This document shows positions 26,301 to 38,234 of a stretch of 64,000 nucleotides of DNA, piece by piece. The notes beneath the pieces are model-generated. The model saw only the letters and a list, made by a program, of their open reading frames with translations, was not told where the DNA came from and ran no database searches. A program made the position numbers and the translations under genes. How positions within the stretch are numbered: the stretch's first letter is position 1; every line of letters starts with the position of its first letter. The stretch comes from Blepharisma stoltei ATCC 30299 (lineage: Eukaryota > Protista > Ciliophora): contig CBFDEM010000011.1 in the NCBI GenBank assembly GCA_965603825.1, positions 1,116,001 through 1,180,000 of the forward strand. Direction: 5' to 3'.

Positions 26301-27122
26301 TTTCCTGATTTTGCTTGTAAGTAACACTTGATGCTGGAAACAACCTTATTTCCGCTTGAATCTGTAACAGTTGCCGTCACTGAAAATCCTGATCCTTTAT
26401 AAATAGTAGTCGGATAAGAGTTAAACGTTATAGATGACGGGGTTCCTGAAGATATTGTAAAAGAGCTGCTATAAGCGTCGCTCAGGCCTGAAGCGCTTGC
26501 CTTTAACACAAAAGTCCCAGCTCCGGTGACAGAACATGAGCTAAAAGTACTTACACCATTTGTAGCTGTCACTGAAACGCTTGACATTGTACCATAGCCA
26601 CTTCCAGGTATCAGACTCAACGTAATTGAGCTAGCAAAGGACGTATCCACAGTATTTTTACCTATAGGAGGGTTCAAAACCTGGACTATTACATCGCTGG
26701 AACAAGGGTCAGAAGCACTTGTAGGCTGAGCTGAAAAATAAAGCGTTTGAGAGGTGCCTGAAGTAATGTCAAAAGAGCTGCTGGACACAGAGCCGTAGCC
26801 TATTGCAGAAGCTATAAGTTTGTATCCGGTTCCGGTCTAAATTAGATTTTACTGTTGTAATGTAAAGATTACTAAAGGTAGCAGTGCTTGAGCTCGATGA
26901 AAAGGTCACTGCAAGATTTCCATATAAAATGACGCTGCTTGATGCAGTTGAAGGATCCAAGCTCAAATAGACCGAAGCTGTGTCACTTTGAGATTTTGTG
27001 ACTGTGACAGAAAATGTGGTATACGCCGTTGTCTACTTATAAAATACTGATGACGGAGTGCTAAATGACAAAGAAAGAGCCAATCCTCCTGGAACTAATA
27101 AGATCCAAAGAAAAAGAAGCAT
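14360..27122 (-). CDS. Giant type-I membrane protein (4243 aa): signal peptide, Ser/Thr-rich beta domains, GCC2/GCC3-type Cys repeats, single TM, long cytoplasmic coiled coil
   Basis: Start MLLFLWILLVPGGLA at 27122; introns 27033-27047 (15 nt) and 26837-26852 (16 nt); UGA=Trp at 25388-25390; dozens of CPxGxYCP repeats; TM WGIIAGIIVALIILIILIIGFLSFL. Confidence 0.9.
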
Positions 27123-27943
27123 ATTTATTATAAACATTTCGAATGTGATAAGATTAAAATAATCAGATTAATTAACATTGATTTTAAATCAGAAATGATG
27201 AGAGGGAATATAAATTTTGAAAATAGAATTGGCTTGCTTCTGTTTCTGAAGATAAACGATATAGGGGCAATGATGAAATATTTTTCTTGATACTAATAAG
27301 ATTTTTGTATGAAGATCTGAAATTGGAGAGGATTAGTGGCAAATAAGCAGAAGATTAGTTAAGCAGATTTAAAATTTTCAAGTACAAATTTGAAACTGTT
27401 GGAAATTTATAAAATGTTTTTATGAATTTTAATTAAATATTGAGATTTATAGAGTCAATTTTTGGGTAAAAAGAATTAGTCTGTTGAGTAATAAAATAAT
27501 TGGGAGAATAATAGTGCAGGATTTTATTTAAATTGTAATAATTTATTGTCTTTTATATTATTTATTCGCAAATTTATAAGTTTTCCTCTTCAAATTTATA
27601 GTAAACAGTCCTTTAGTAATAATTTTAGTTGATATTGATTCAGAATATATGATTGATACGAAGATAAAGGATATAATAAAACTTTAATAAAAAGGGTTTC
27701 TTATAAGAAGCTAGAAAATTAAGAGACTTATATAGCTATTTCAAGATAAATTAAATAGAATTATTTTTTAAATTAAAATTATTGTGATAATTGTTTATAT
27801 AGCTTCATATTAGCTATTTAAAAGAAAAAAGTGATATTCCATAAGATAATTTTAAGCTGAAATATATAATTTTATTCTATATAAGCTCCTTATATTTATA
27901 TATTTAAAAATACAAAAATTAAAACTATGAATCCGAATAAAAT

Positions 27944-28681
27944 ATGGGAAATTGCTGCAATGGAGGAGTTGACAGTGCTCAACCAATCTCCAAAAACGAG
28001 CCAAAAATCACAGAAACCCTTCCTCGAGAAGAACAAATCATCATAGAAAACGAAAAAAAATTAGAATTCAGCAAACTCAACAGCAAAGACATCATAAAAT
28101 CCCTAAAATCCGAAGGATCTCAAAATTGTTTAAGCATGCCTCAGCTAAAGCGAGCCTTTTTTGATCTCCAACTATCAGAAACTGACTTATCCTCCCCTGA
28201 TTCCGCCTTTTATAAAATCCTAGCCAAGCTAAAAAACGATAAAAAACTTTATGAAATACGTAAACTTGTATTGCTTGCCTTACTAGTAGGTAAAGGAGCA
28301 CCTCAAGATAAAGCAGTTTGGCTGTTTAAACAGTATGATTTAGACGCATCTGGGGTTATAGATGCAGAAGAAGTTGAAACTATGCTAAATGAGATGATAG
28401 ATCTTGCTGTAAATATTTTGCCATTATCGGCAAGAGGGGATGAGGAAGGTTGTCTGACAAAAGAAGAGGAAGATACATATAAGAGTATGCTGCTGGCTGG
28501 ACAACAAAGTATGGTTCAAGAAGTTATGAAGCTATTGCTGAATCAGAATGAGATTGGAGAAACAGAATTTGTGGCGAAAATATGCGACCCAAGCCAGCAA
28601 CTGAATAAGTTGCTTTGGAGCTATGGGGTTAGGCTGCTTTTGAAAAATTATGGAAATCATAACAATATTGAATCTCATTAA
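27944..28681 (+). CDS. N-acylated EF-hand protein (NCS/calcineurin-B-like), paralogue 1
   Basis: MGNCC N-terminus; KAVWLFKQYDLDASGVIDAEE EF-hand. Confidence 0.85.
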   Translation: MGNCCNGGVDSAQPISKNEPKITETLPREEQIIIENEKKLEFSKLNSKDIIKSLKSEGSQNCLSMPQLKRAFFDLQLSETDLSSPDSAFYKILAKLKNDKKLYEIRKLVLLALLVGKGAPQDKAVWLFKQYDLDASGVIDAEEVETMLNEMIDLAVNILPLSARGDEEGCLTKEEEDTYKSMLLAGQQSMVQEVMKLLLNQNEIGETEFVAKICDPSQQLNKLLWSYGVRLLLKNYGNHNNIESH

Positions 28682-29150
28682 ATCGCCTATGTTTTTACTA
28701 AGAAAACCTCTTTATATATATAAATTAAGTTTTCGCCATATCAATAGGCTATTTATACAATTAAGCCTAGCATAATAGTTAGCTTATATATTTTATTGAA
28801 TAAATTTTTCATATACTAAAAACCTTGCACATAACTAGATCTTACTCCATTCGAAATTGACAAAAAAAGCCCAAAAGGGAAATTTTTTTACACTATTTTA
28901 AATTATTATTACGAAGACTCATTCAATAAGTCCATCAATTCAAATTCCAGACTGTTTAAGTAGCATTTCCTCTATTAAATTGGTCAAAGCTGTTTAGATT
29001 TTTTTCATTGATAATTAAAAATTAAATTTGAAAGTGTTAAATTTCCTTATATTAAAATTAATTACCCATTAAGCATCCTTCCAAAATCAGCTAAATAAAA
29101 TATCATTTATATTTAATGGAATTTGAATAAGTAATAAGCAGTCAATAAAA

Positions 29151-29930
29151 ATGGGAGCGTGTTGCGAAGGAAGAGATGTTTCAAGCCAAGAAGCAAGGAA
29201 TGAGGTTGTTCATATTGGAAACACTGGAAGAGGGGCAAGCTTCAATCTTAAGGTAGCTGACAAGTCAAAGGTTCCTGATGCCCCTCCACGAGAAGAAGAA
29301 GTCATTGCAAGCAGCGAGAAAAAGCTAGAATTTTCAAAATTGAACAGCAAAGATATCATCAATGCCTTTACTGCAGAAGGCATGGAAGGGGTATTAAGCA
29401 GGCCACAACTAAAGCGCGCCTTTCTTAGCCTTGGATTGCCTGAAAATGACCTAACGTCTCCAGATGCGCCTTTTTACCAAATTTTAGCAAAAATAAAAAA
29501 TGAGAAAAAGCTGTATGATATTAGAAAAGTGGCTCTTTTAGGATTGCTATTAGGAAAAGGCTCAAACATAGATAAAGCACGCTTACTGTTTAAGCAATAC
29601 GATTCAGGAAGCTTAGGAAGCCTAGATACAGGAAAAGTCGAATTAATGGTCAACGAAATCATTGATTTATCAGTCAATATTATCCCTGATATTGCTATAG
29701 GAGAAGGCGCTGGATATTTGACGAGAGAGGAAGAAGACGCATATGAAGACCGCTTGCGTGCTCGACAGCAAAACACATTTAATGAGGTCAAAAGGATTCT
29801 TATTAGTGAAGGCCAATTGAGTGAGTCTGATTTTATAGTCAAAATGTCTGATTCTAAGCTGCCACTTTATAAGTTGCTATCAAGTGTAGGGACAAGAGCA
29901 CTTATCAGATCTCTATCTAATACCAACTAA
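29151..29930 (+). CDS. N-acylated EF-hand protein, paralogue 2 (degenerate EF loop)
   Basis: MGACC N-terminus; shares EKKLEFSKLNSKDII and PQLKRAF with paralogue 1; loop DSGSLGSLDTGK. Confidence 0.85.
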   Translation: MGACCEGRDVSSQEARNEVVHIGNTGRGASFNLKVADKSKVPDAPPREEEVIASSEKKLEFSKLNSKDIINAFTAEGMEGVLSRPQLKRAFLSLGLPENDLTSPDAPFYQILAKIKNEKKLYDIRKVALLGLLLGKGSNIDKARLLFKQYDSGSLGSLDTGKVELMVNEIIDLSVNIIPDIAIGEGAGYLTREEEDAYEDRLRARQQNTFNEVKRILISEGQLSESDFIVKMSDSKLPLYKLLSSVGTRALIRSLSNTN

Positions 29931-30005
29931 ATATTTTTCAAATCATTTGAATTTACTTACTAATTAATCTGTAATTAATATATCGTCCATATTATGCTAT
30001 GTGTA

Positions 30006-31040
30006 TTACATAATTTGGCATTTCGCGCACGTTCCTCGTCTCCCTGTTAACCCTGCCTCATTTTCTTTTTCTTTAGTCTCATCTTTTTTCGACTGCTGAT
30101 TTGGCACTGCATCTTTCATATCATTACTGGGTATCCCTACAATTAACCCTGACTCAAAAACCACAGCTTCTTCATCTGAGCTTGAACTTTCAGATTCTAC
30201 CGTTGAATCTTTTGGATCTACAATATTGCCTCTAGCTTCTTCTAAAAAGGTGTGGACAGGTGAAAAACTTTCTTTATATTCTCCATCTATATGGACGATT
30301 CCTGGAATAGTATATCTCCTAGGCTTTTTTCTCGATTTTTCTATATCTAGTTCTTCTTCTTCGTCAAGCTTTTTTTCTTCAGATTTTTCTAAATAATTTT
30401 CATCAACTTTTACTATGTGCCCTAACTCTGCATGGTGCTCATCTATAAATTCTGGCTTTTCAAAAGCCTCAACTGGCTTAATTTCTTCATCGGATAGCTC
30501 ACTAGCTTGGATTATTTGGAGGAAACTGCTTTTATAGTCAGATTGAAAAGTGCTGATATTGGTTGTTGAAGGGACAATTTCGGTACTTCCAAAAGCCCGT
30601 TTGTGCCTTTGTAGCTGAAATAAATCGACACTTACGCAGATTTTAGCAGCTTTGTCAGGAGATTTTGCAAGAACTAGCTCGAATTTAGTAAACGGCTCAA
30701 GTGTGCTAGCGATTTGTGAAAATTCTAAAGCAGCTTCTCCAAGCTTCTTTGTGGATTTCCCTCTGATTTCTAAGACTTGGAAACTCACATGCTTTTTCAC
30801 CCAGTTTTTGCCTCGTTTTATCATATGGACGATGAAGGAAATGGGGTACTCTAGAATTACTTCGCCATTTAATGAGTTATATGGCATTGGCTGAGTTTCT
30901 TGCTTTTGCTTGCCCCTTTTCACTAAGATTTTTATCAGGCCTGTTTCCCCATATTGCGCTTTGACATAATGAACTTGGATATCAAGATTAAATTTGTGCT
31001 TTTTAGGAACAATTCTCTCAAATGTTTCTCTTAGAGACAT
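30006..31040 (-). CDS. NT-C2 (EEIG1/EHBP1-type) domain protein with C-terminal CaaX
   Basis: KHKFNLDIQVHYV..VKRGK..KKLGEAALEFSQIA NT-C2 pattern; ends CAKCQIM. Confidence 0.75.
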   Translation of the reverse strand: MSLRETFERIVPKKHKFNLDIQVHYVKAQYGETGLIKILVKRGKQKQETQPMPYNSLNGEVILEYPISFIVHMIKRGKNWVKKHVSFQVLEIRGKSTKKLGEAALEFSQIASTLEPFTKFELVLAKSPDKAAKICVSVDLFQLQRHKRAFGSTEIVPSTTNISTFQSDYKSSFLQIIQASELSDEEIKPVEAFEKPEFIDEHHAELGHIVKVDENYLEKSEEKKLDEEEELDIEKSRKKPRRYTIPGIVHIDGEYKESFSPVHTFLEEARGNIVDPKDSTVESESSSSDEEAVVFESGLIVGIPSNDMKDAVPNQQSKKDETKEKENEAGLTGRRGTCAKCQIM

Positions 31041-31332
31041 TTTGATTTAGAATTATTTTCAACTAAATGCTAAAATAATTTGTATTATTAGCAATAAATA
31101 AAACAGCAATAGCATTTTTATACGAATTATTTTCCTTTACACAGCAAATCAATTTTTATCGCGTTGTTTTTTTATATAAAAAAATCTTTATATCATTTTA
31201 ATCTTATATATGTAGACAAAATCGCATTAGTGAAAAAATCAATACTTTGCCTATTTGAAAATTATTCTGTGGATTTTTATAACCAAATTCTGTATTTTTG
31301 TCTCATGCGTTTTCTCATTATCTTAATATTAG

Positions 31333-32388
31333 ATGGACTATTTAATCGATACCAATCGCGGATCTCTACGGTCAATTTTTTCAAAACACTCAACTAGTCA
31401 TGACAACCCAGTGATTACATATAACGAGCTTTTCAAGTTTTGCACTGCTGTAAGGATATTCCCTGATTTATTATCCTCATTTGAGATTAAGCGGCTGGTC
31501 ATGAAATCCTCCAATTCTCATGGAAACTCAGACAAGCGAATTGAACTCAGTTATTTGCAGTTCGAAAAGCTTTTAAAATCAATAGCAAACCATTGCTTTA
31601 CATCTGGATCAGATGGAGAAAAGCTTAAGTTGCTATTTGCCCATATCAAAAATTCCTGCAAACTCAACTATCATGTAGACTTAAATATTGCAGTGGATAG
31701 TTCGTGCTTAATTGAAGAAAATTCTTTATCCAACTCTAATTTGAACTCGTCTAATGAAAGATCACAAAAGCAGAGAGAAACTTTAAGAAAATCTTCCTCA
31801 GGGCCTAAGATGAAAAGTAAATTTTAAGCAGAAAATGTGATTAAAAAAAGTCTCACAAAATGCGCATCTCTAAAGCTACCCTCTGCAGACCAGCCAGGCA
31901 ACCGAACACGAATCGTTTCTCCTAGAATCATGAACCCAACCCCAAGAGTTGTAAATAAAAAAGTAAAGCAGCTCTATCAAGCAATTTCTCCAAGGCACCT
32001 CTCAGCTAGAAAGCTAGCATCAAGATCTCCAGATTCCAAGCATGAAATAAGCAGCTCTATTGACCAGCATTCGACTAGACTTAGCAAACCATTGGAAATT
32101 CCTAAACTGGGTAGTCCTCTTTCATCAAGCCAATTTGTTATATCAAATTTGCCTACTGTTAAAAATAGCACTCATAATAAATTAAGCAAAGTTAAAAGTG
32201 CATTTGATGATTTTAGGAAAAAACACAAAGAAATAGTAGCAAAAAAGCCAGCAGGGATAAGCCCAAAGATGCTTAGGTTTATTAAAAGTTCACATAAAAA
32301 TAGGTTTGAAAATGTAAAAGTTATGTAGAAATTTGTGACAAAGCTGTTTTTCGAGCTATGGAGGGTTAAGACGATTTATAGTGCCTAG
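31333..32388 (+). CDS. p25alpha/TPPP-like N-terminal domain + basic Ser-rich tail
   Basis: 15-nt introns 31817-31831 (GTAAATTTTAAGCAG) and 32314-32328 (GTAAAAGTTATGTAG) remove the stops; LRSIFSKH..FKFC..LSYLQFEKLLKSIA. Confidence 0.7.
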
Positions 32389-32442
32389 TATTATAATGAT
32401 TAGAATAATTTAATTAGATAGAGATCGGAAATATTAAAATAA

Positions 32443-33990
32443 TTAATCACTTGTGACTGATTTATTCACAGCATGGCTAAATACAGCAAGTTTGGCCTTT
32501 ATTGACCCCACAAGTAAATTATCGATATTTTCTTGCTGAGCAAGAGCTTTAATATTCATCGGATTCGTAGAAGATACCAAATGCTCTTTCAAAATTGCTT
32601 GTTTTTCAAGCTTCGAAACTTTTTCTGATATGATTTTCACTTTTTCTGTGTCTGAAACACTCATACTGAGCACATCGTCTCAGTTTGCCTTTATTTCTTC
32701 AACAGGCATATTTTTTTCGTTTTCTTCTCTTAATTTTCTTTTTTCTTCTAAATAATTAATTTTTTTAGCAACTTTTGGAGTTTCCACAGTCTTTGACTGT
32801 GACTGTATTTTTCTCGGCTTTATTTTCTTTTTCTCTAACTCTACAAACGACTCAGATCTCTGATTGATTTCTGACAAAATTCTATGATGCCTTGCTGGGT
32901 TTTTCATTTTTTCCAGCCTTTCCTGTAGCTCTAGCTGCTTTGTTTTATCGACTGTCGGCATAAACATTTCTTTAATCAACTCTGCATACCTCAATCTTTT
33001 TTCAATTTTTTGTAGCCTTTCTATATTTGCTGCATTTTGGGCTTCTTTTAGCTGTTTTTCCTGCTCAAGAATTTTCGCATTCCACGTGCATGATGAGCTT
33101 CTTACTTTATTTTCGATTTTTCTTGAATTTAAGGCTTCTTCGTTTCTTTTTGTATGCTCATCTCTCAGTACATCGTATCATTTCATATGCTCAATTATTT
33201 TTTCCTGATTTATTGATCGGTTTACAAGTTTCCGCTTGGCAAGCTCACTTTTTCGTTTTTCAAGCTCTGGGAGTTCGTATTCGCATTTAAATTTTTCTTC
33301 GAGTTTTACGTAGAGAGGCTTGACACCTTTGATTGATTCGTAGTCATTATTTCTGCGGCGAATTTCGTCAATTTCTTGTTGACGCTTTGCTTTGAGTTCT
33401 TTCATTTTTTCGAGTTTTTCGTAGTATTCTTGTTCTTTTTTGGCTTTGAGCTCTTCCATTTCTTGCTTTTTGGCTTCACTTTCTTCTTCGAGAATCATCA
33501 TAAGTTTTGATTGCTCTTGCTGCTTTTTTTTGGCTCGTTCTTTTTGCTCTTTGTAATAGGCCTTTATTTTTTGGGCAGCTTCTTCAGCTTTTTTTCTTTC
33601 GTTTTCGAGATACTCTTGCCGAGTTCTAGCATTTTGAAGGTTCGGCTTATTAAGCTTGTTTTCGTTCTGAATAGAACCTATATTATCAAGTGTGCTTATG
33701 GACTCTTCGATGCTTGACAACTTAGCTTCTAATAATTCTTTTTGCTTTTTTATTTCTTTCAGTTTCGCTTGTCTTACGTTTTCGTCAACATTACTCGAAT
33801 TTATCTTGCTAAGAAGATTATTGATAACTGTTTGGAGATCATCTGGGGATTTGGAAAAAGGGATCGAGGCTTGTTTTATGTGGGAAATTATTTTTAATGC
33901 TGATGAAGAGAGCGAGCCTTGAACAGATTCCTGAGTCTTGGCTTTGGATTTGATAGAAGACAGGATATTAGACAAGTAATTTGTAACCAT
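32443..33990 (-). CDS. Coiled-coil protein (515 aa)
   Basis: Three ORFs in the same frame joined by UGA=Trp at 33178-33180 and 32680-32682. Confidence 0.8.
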
Positions 33991-34155
33991 AGTTAAGAAT
34001 AATTATTTATAAGCGTTATAATGAGGTAGCTGTTGCATGCTATATAGAGAAAAATTACATTGTAAGCAGGCTTTTAATAAAAATTCAATAATCCCTAGCT
34101 ATTAAAAAGTATATAAAACTATGCCAAAACCTATATGAAATATTAGTTATTTGTC

Positions 34156-35658
34156 TTAAGAAGAAGAAGCAGCTACTACAATCATGTTTACTAGCACATA
34201 AAGCATGATTAAACTATTAAACCCTACAATCGCTAGTGAAATTCTCTAAATAGCTCTTACCCTTGACGAAAATTTCACATCATACGGTGAAGGTGTTTCC
34301 ACCATCTCCCTTGCCGCTATATGCATAAGTGGTATCGCAATTGGTACTAAAATAAACCCAAACAGTCCAACCCAGTTCAAAATAATGCTCTACATAGCTC
34401 TTACCAAATCATACACAAAAAATGCAATTGAGAATGGCAAAACTACACACAAAAATCTACAAATAGCTACAGTTTTAAAAGGCAAGTTCTTGGTCTCTCC
34501 AATGCCATAACGCATAGTAAGCACATTATCAGATAATGGAATCGCCATAAGTGGGAAGCTTGAAAACACATCAAAAGCAGGGAAAAGCACTATAATATAC
34601 GCTATTATATAAGTCCACCATGGTCTATCACTTTGTGAGTACCCAGCTGAGTACTCTCTAAATGATATATTAACTTCTCCTTTTACATCATGAATAGCCA
34701 TCGGGACAATGATCCCTAACATCGCATATAATGTGAACGACGTCGCTGCTACCATGATGATAATTCTTTTCAAGTTTTTTACCCTGCTTCTCACGAATTC
34801 CGCAATGCTTGGGAACTGGATTTGGTATACAAAGGCAAAAAGAATAATAGAAGCCATACTAGACAAATGAGTCCACACAGCCAAAGGCGGGTCGTCAAAA
34901 GATTCATGAACATCATGGTCGACTTGCTTTTGCTGAATTAAAAGAGCTATTGACGTTATAAGGACTAGACCAATAATAATAAACCTCATAATTGTCAACA
35001 CACTTTGCACCCACCGCTGCTCTTTCATGCCTTTAATAGTCAAATAAGTCATAAAAACAGCATAAATAATTAGAAATATCCAATAATTCTCATAGCAGGA
35101 ATCAGAATAGCTTGAGGTTTCATAAATATCACACTTCTTAGCCCATGGAAGCGGGATATTTGAAGCAAAAGAGCTCGCAAAAATAGAGACGTAGCCTAAT
35201 TGTGCACCTTGGAAGTAGAAACTTAAGATTATAATATAAAAAGTCGCCCATTTCTGGCCAAATAAAATTCGGATATTTTCTGTGACGTCGAACCTTCGAC
35301 TTGTGATAATTGGACGTGGGGTGCGCTCTTTTTCTAATAAATCTTCGCCTGCTTTTTGGCCTGTGAGAATTTGTCGCCATGTAGGTGGTTTTACCTTTTT
35401 TCCTTCTTCTCGAAGCCGAACTATGACTTCTGTTCGGCTCATTACTTCAAGGAGCTGCCGAGCTAGATAGTAACTCTGATACGCTGTGAAAATCATGTAA
35501 AAGAAAGAAATCAACCACCCACTTGTCTTAAATGCATGTGGAAGAGCCAAGAAACCAGCTCCAACAACGATGTTAACTGAAAAGAAATAGCCAGTCGACA
35601 ATCCAAATTTATCTGGATTGACAGAAGACGGCTCTATTGAGAAATCCATGATGGACAT
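34156..35658 (-). CDS. Amino-acid/auxin permease-family transporter (TMEM104-like), 490 aa
   Basis: NIVVGAGFLALPHAF..GW; multiple TM helices; 15-nt introns 34390-34404 and 34246-34260 extend the ORF to TAA 34156. Confidence 0.88.
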
Positions 35659-36130
35659 TTTTTAATTCACCAAGCTATTTAACAAATTTGTAAATGGGTT
35701 CTTATTAATTAAAACGTTCTCCATAGTAAATTGTTGTAAAAAGGGGAATATGGAAAGAAATCATATAAATTTTGACTGAAAATTGGTAGTTAAGTATCTA
35801 AGGATTGATGAGAAAAAAAAAGAGGAAAAATAGCTGTATTATAAATATCATCTGTGGAAAAAAATAGCGTAGACTAAGAAGATTTAGGATAGTAAAAACA
35901 TTATTATATAATCTATGATAATAAATTATGATGCTTTAAAGGCTAAGACCTATAGTATCATATAAATCTCCTATAAATAGAATAACTGATTTTTTAATAT
36001 TTTTATTATCTCTTGATTTGTACACCATATAGCCATCTCCTTATGAATTTTCTATTAAAATCCGCTTCATTATAGTAATCTTTATATCTCTATTTTTCTT
36101 TCTAATATTTTTATAATCAAAAAATAAGAA

Positions 36131-38170
36131 ATGTCATGCCCTTGCTTCATTTGTAAAACTCATGAGCCAGTGCCAACTCACACACACTTTGTCAAGTCAA
36201 AGTTTACCTCAGAAAACTCTTATGGTTTGGTGTCAATCAGCAATGTAAGCTCATCTCCTTCATCTGCATTAAAATTCAAAATTAATAAGACTCAGGCTGC
36301 GTTGGATATGAATTTTTCAGCTATTTTGCCTACTTGGATTATTGAAGACGTTCTTTTTATTGAAGCTTATGAAGGTTCTATTTCTGATTCTCTAATAGGC
36401 ACTGGAAGTATTCCATTAGCATACCAAGCATTTGACGATTCACTAGTAGAAGTAAATTTGGACTCTTTTATTGATGAACCTATTACTGTGTCTTTTAAAC
36501 TGAGTTTTGAAAGTAAATGCAAAAATATCGAAAACCCTTCTTATATGATTTTTCGCAAAACCTCAAGACTCGACCCCAGCTATAAATATACACTAGAAAT
36601 AATAAACGGTGAAAAAACAGACGAAATTCGTATAAAAGATGAGTCACAAGGCTATAAAGATGAAGTTTGGCACCATATATCCACTATTGAGTCCTTTGAA
36701 GTCATGAATCTTAATTTCAAAATGACAAATCTTAATGGGACAGGAAAAGCTAGGAACTTTGAAAGCTCTACAACAATCCAAAAGAAAAATTTTAAAAACG
36801 TTCCTTACTTTTTTACCTTGAGGTCTCCTACAGTACAGTTTTCTTCATTCCTTACTTTTTATTTGGTGCCTTTTAATTCCCAGTTTATCACATGCCCAAC
36901 AGGTTCGTTTGAGATCAAGTTTTTGCCTCAGTCTAATAGGTGAATTAGTGATTTTATAGCAGAAAGAGGCTATTTTCAGTTTCAATTGATGACTTTGCTT
37001 GTGCAGCATCAGGTTAAAGGAGAAATTCAGGTTGAGGAGCTTTCACAGATTTTGGAGCATCAGGAATATGCTTTTAAGTTTGATACTAGAGATATCAATG
37101 ACAAGCTTGTGGTGAAATTGTTTTCGTATAAGGAAAATCAAGAAGTCGCATCCCTTTGCTATGTAGGAATGATTAAATTTAAAGAAACTCCAGGCTTCAA
37201 ATATAGACAAGACTACCAATGCATAGTCCAATTCGGCCCATTCACATTAGACGTCACTCTATCCAGCGAAGAGTCCAAAATTGAAGAAAACCCTCAGAAA
37301 TTCGAAACTTCTGTTTCAGAATTCAAAGACCCAGAGCCTGCCAATTTAACCTATAAAGACAGAACTTTTTTCAATGTCCTTGACCTAATGGAATTCAAAA
37401 TCCATCAAATTTCAAAAAGAAATAGCTTGACTACCACCCATATAAATAAACTTAAAACCCGAAATGAGCTCCTCCGCAAGCAAATTTTTGATTTAGAGCA
37501 CTCTCACCCTATAACAGAATTTGATAATATTGTGCAGCAGTCTGCTCTGAAGCCTAAAAAAATGTCAAATTCTCAGTCTATAAGTCAAATTTTGCCTGGA
37601 AATAGCATCAAACCTTTAGAAGAAACAGCTGCACCTAAATATCAAATTTGTTCATGTGGGAATCGAAATCCAAAATTTAAAGGATATTGTGAAAATTGTG
37701 TGAAAACTTTAAAAGATCAGTATGAAAGAGTACTAAAATGATATACTCCCATAAAGAACAAATTTGATGAACTTGAGAGAAAATACACTGGGATTAATGC
37801 AAGAAAAATATTATTTGAAGGGAAAATAATAAAACTGCAAGAAAAATTGAAAAAACCGGTAGATATTGAAGAAGGGGATACTGAAGAAGTCAAACAAATG
37901 ATGGTCCAGCTGACTGAGCTACAAAATGAGGTAGAAAACATGCAAGAAGAAGCCAGAAGGAAAACTGAAATAATTGAAACACAGAAGAACGATATACAAG
38001 TCAATTTAAGTGAAAAAGAAAAAGAGGAAGGAAAATTGCAGAAGAAACTGAGGGAAAGCGAAGAAAAAGCTGAAATAATAGCGCAGGAAATTGATGAGAC
38101 TAATAAAAGAATGGTGGATAAAAAGGTGTTTAATGACAAGTATAGAGGAAAATATTTGCCGACTGCGTAG
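36131..38170 (+). CDS. Hypothetical protein, C2-like beta domains + Cys motif + coiled coil (679 aa)
   Basis: Three ORFs in frame via UGA=Trp (36941-36943, 37739-37741); LFIEAYE..DSLIGTGSIPL C2-like; CSCG..YCENC. Confidence 0.75.
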
Positions 38171-38234
38171 AATTATTTAAATTAAAAGATTTTTATTGAA
38201 ATATTATATAATTATGCAGTAGATAATTATATAT

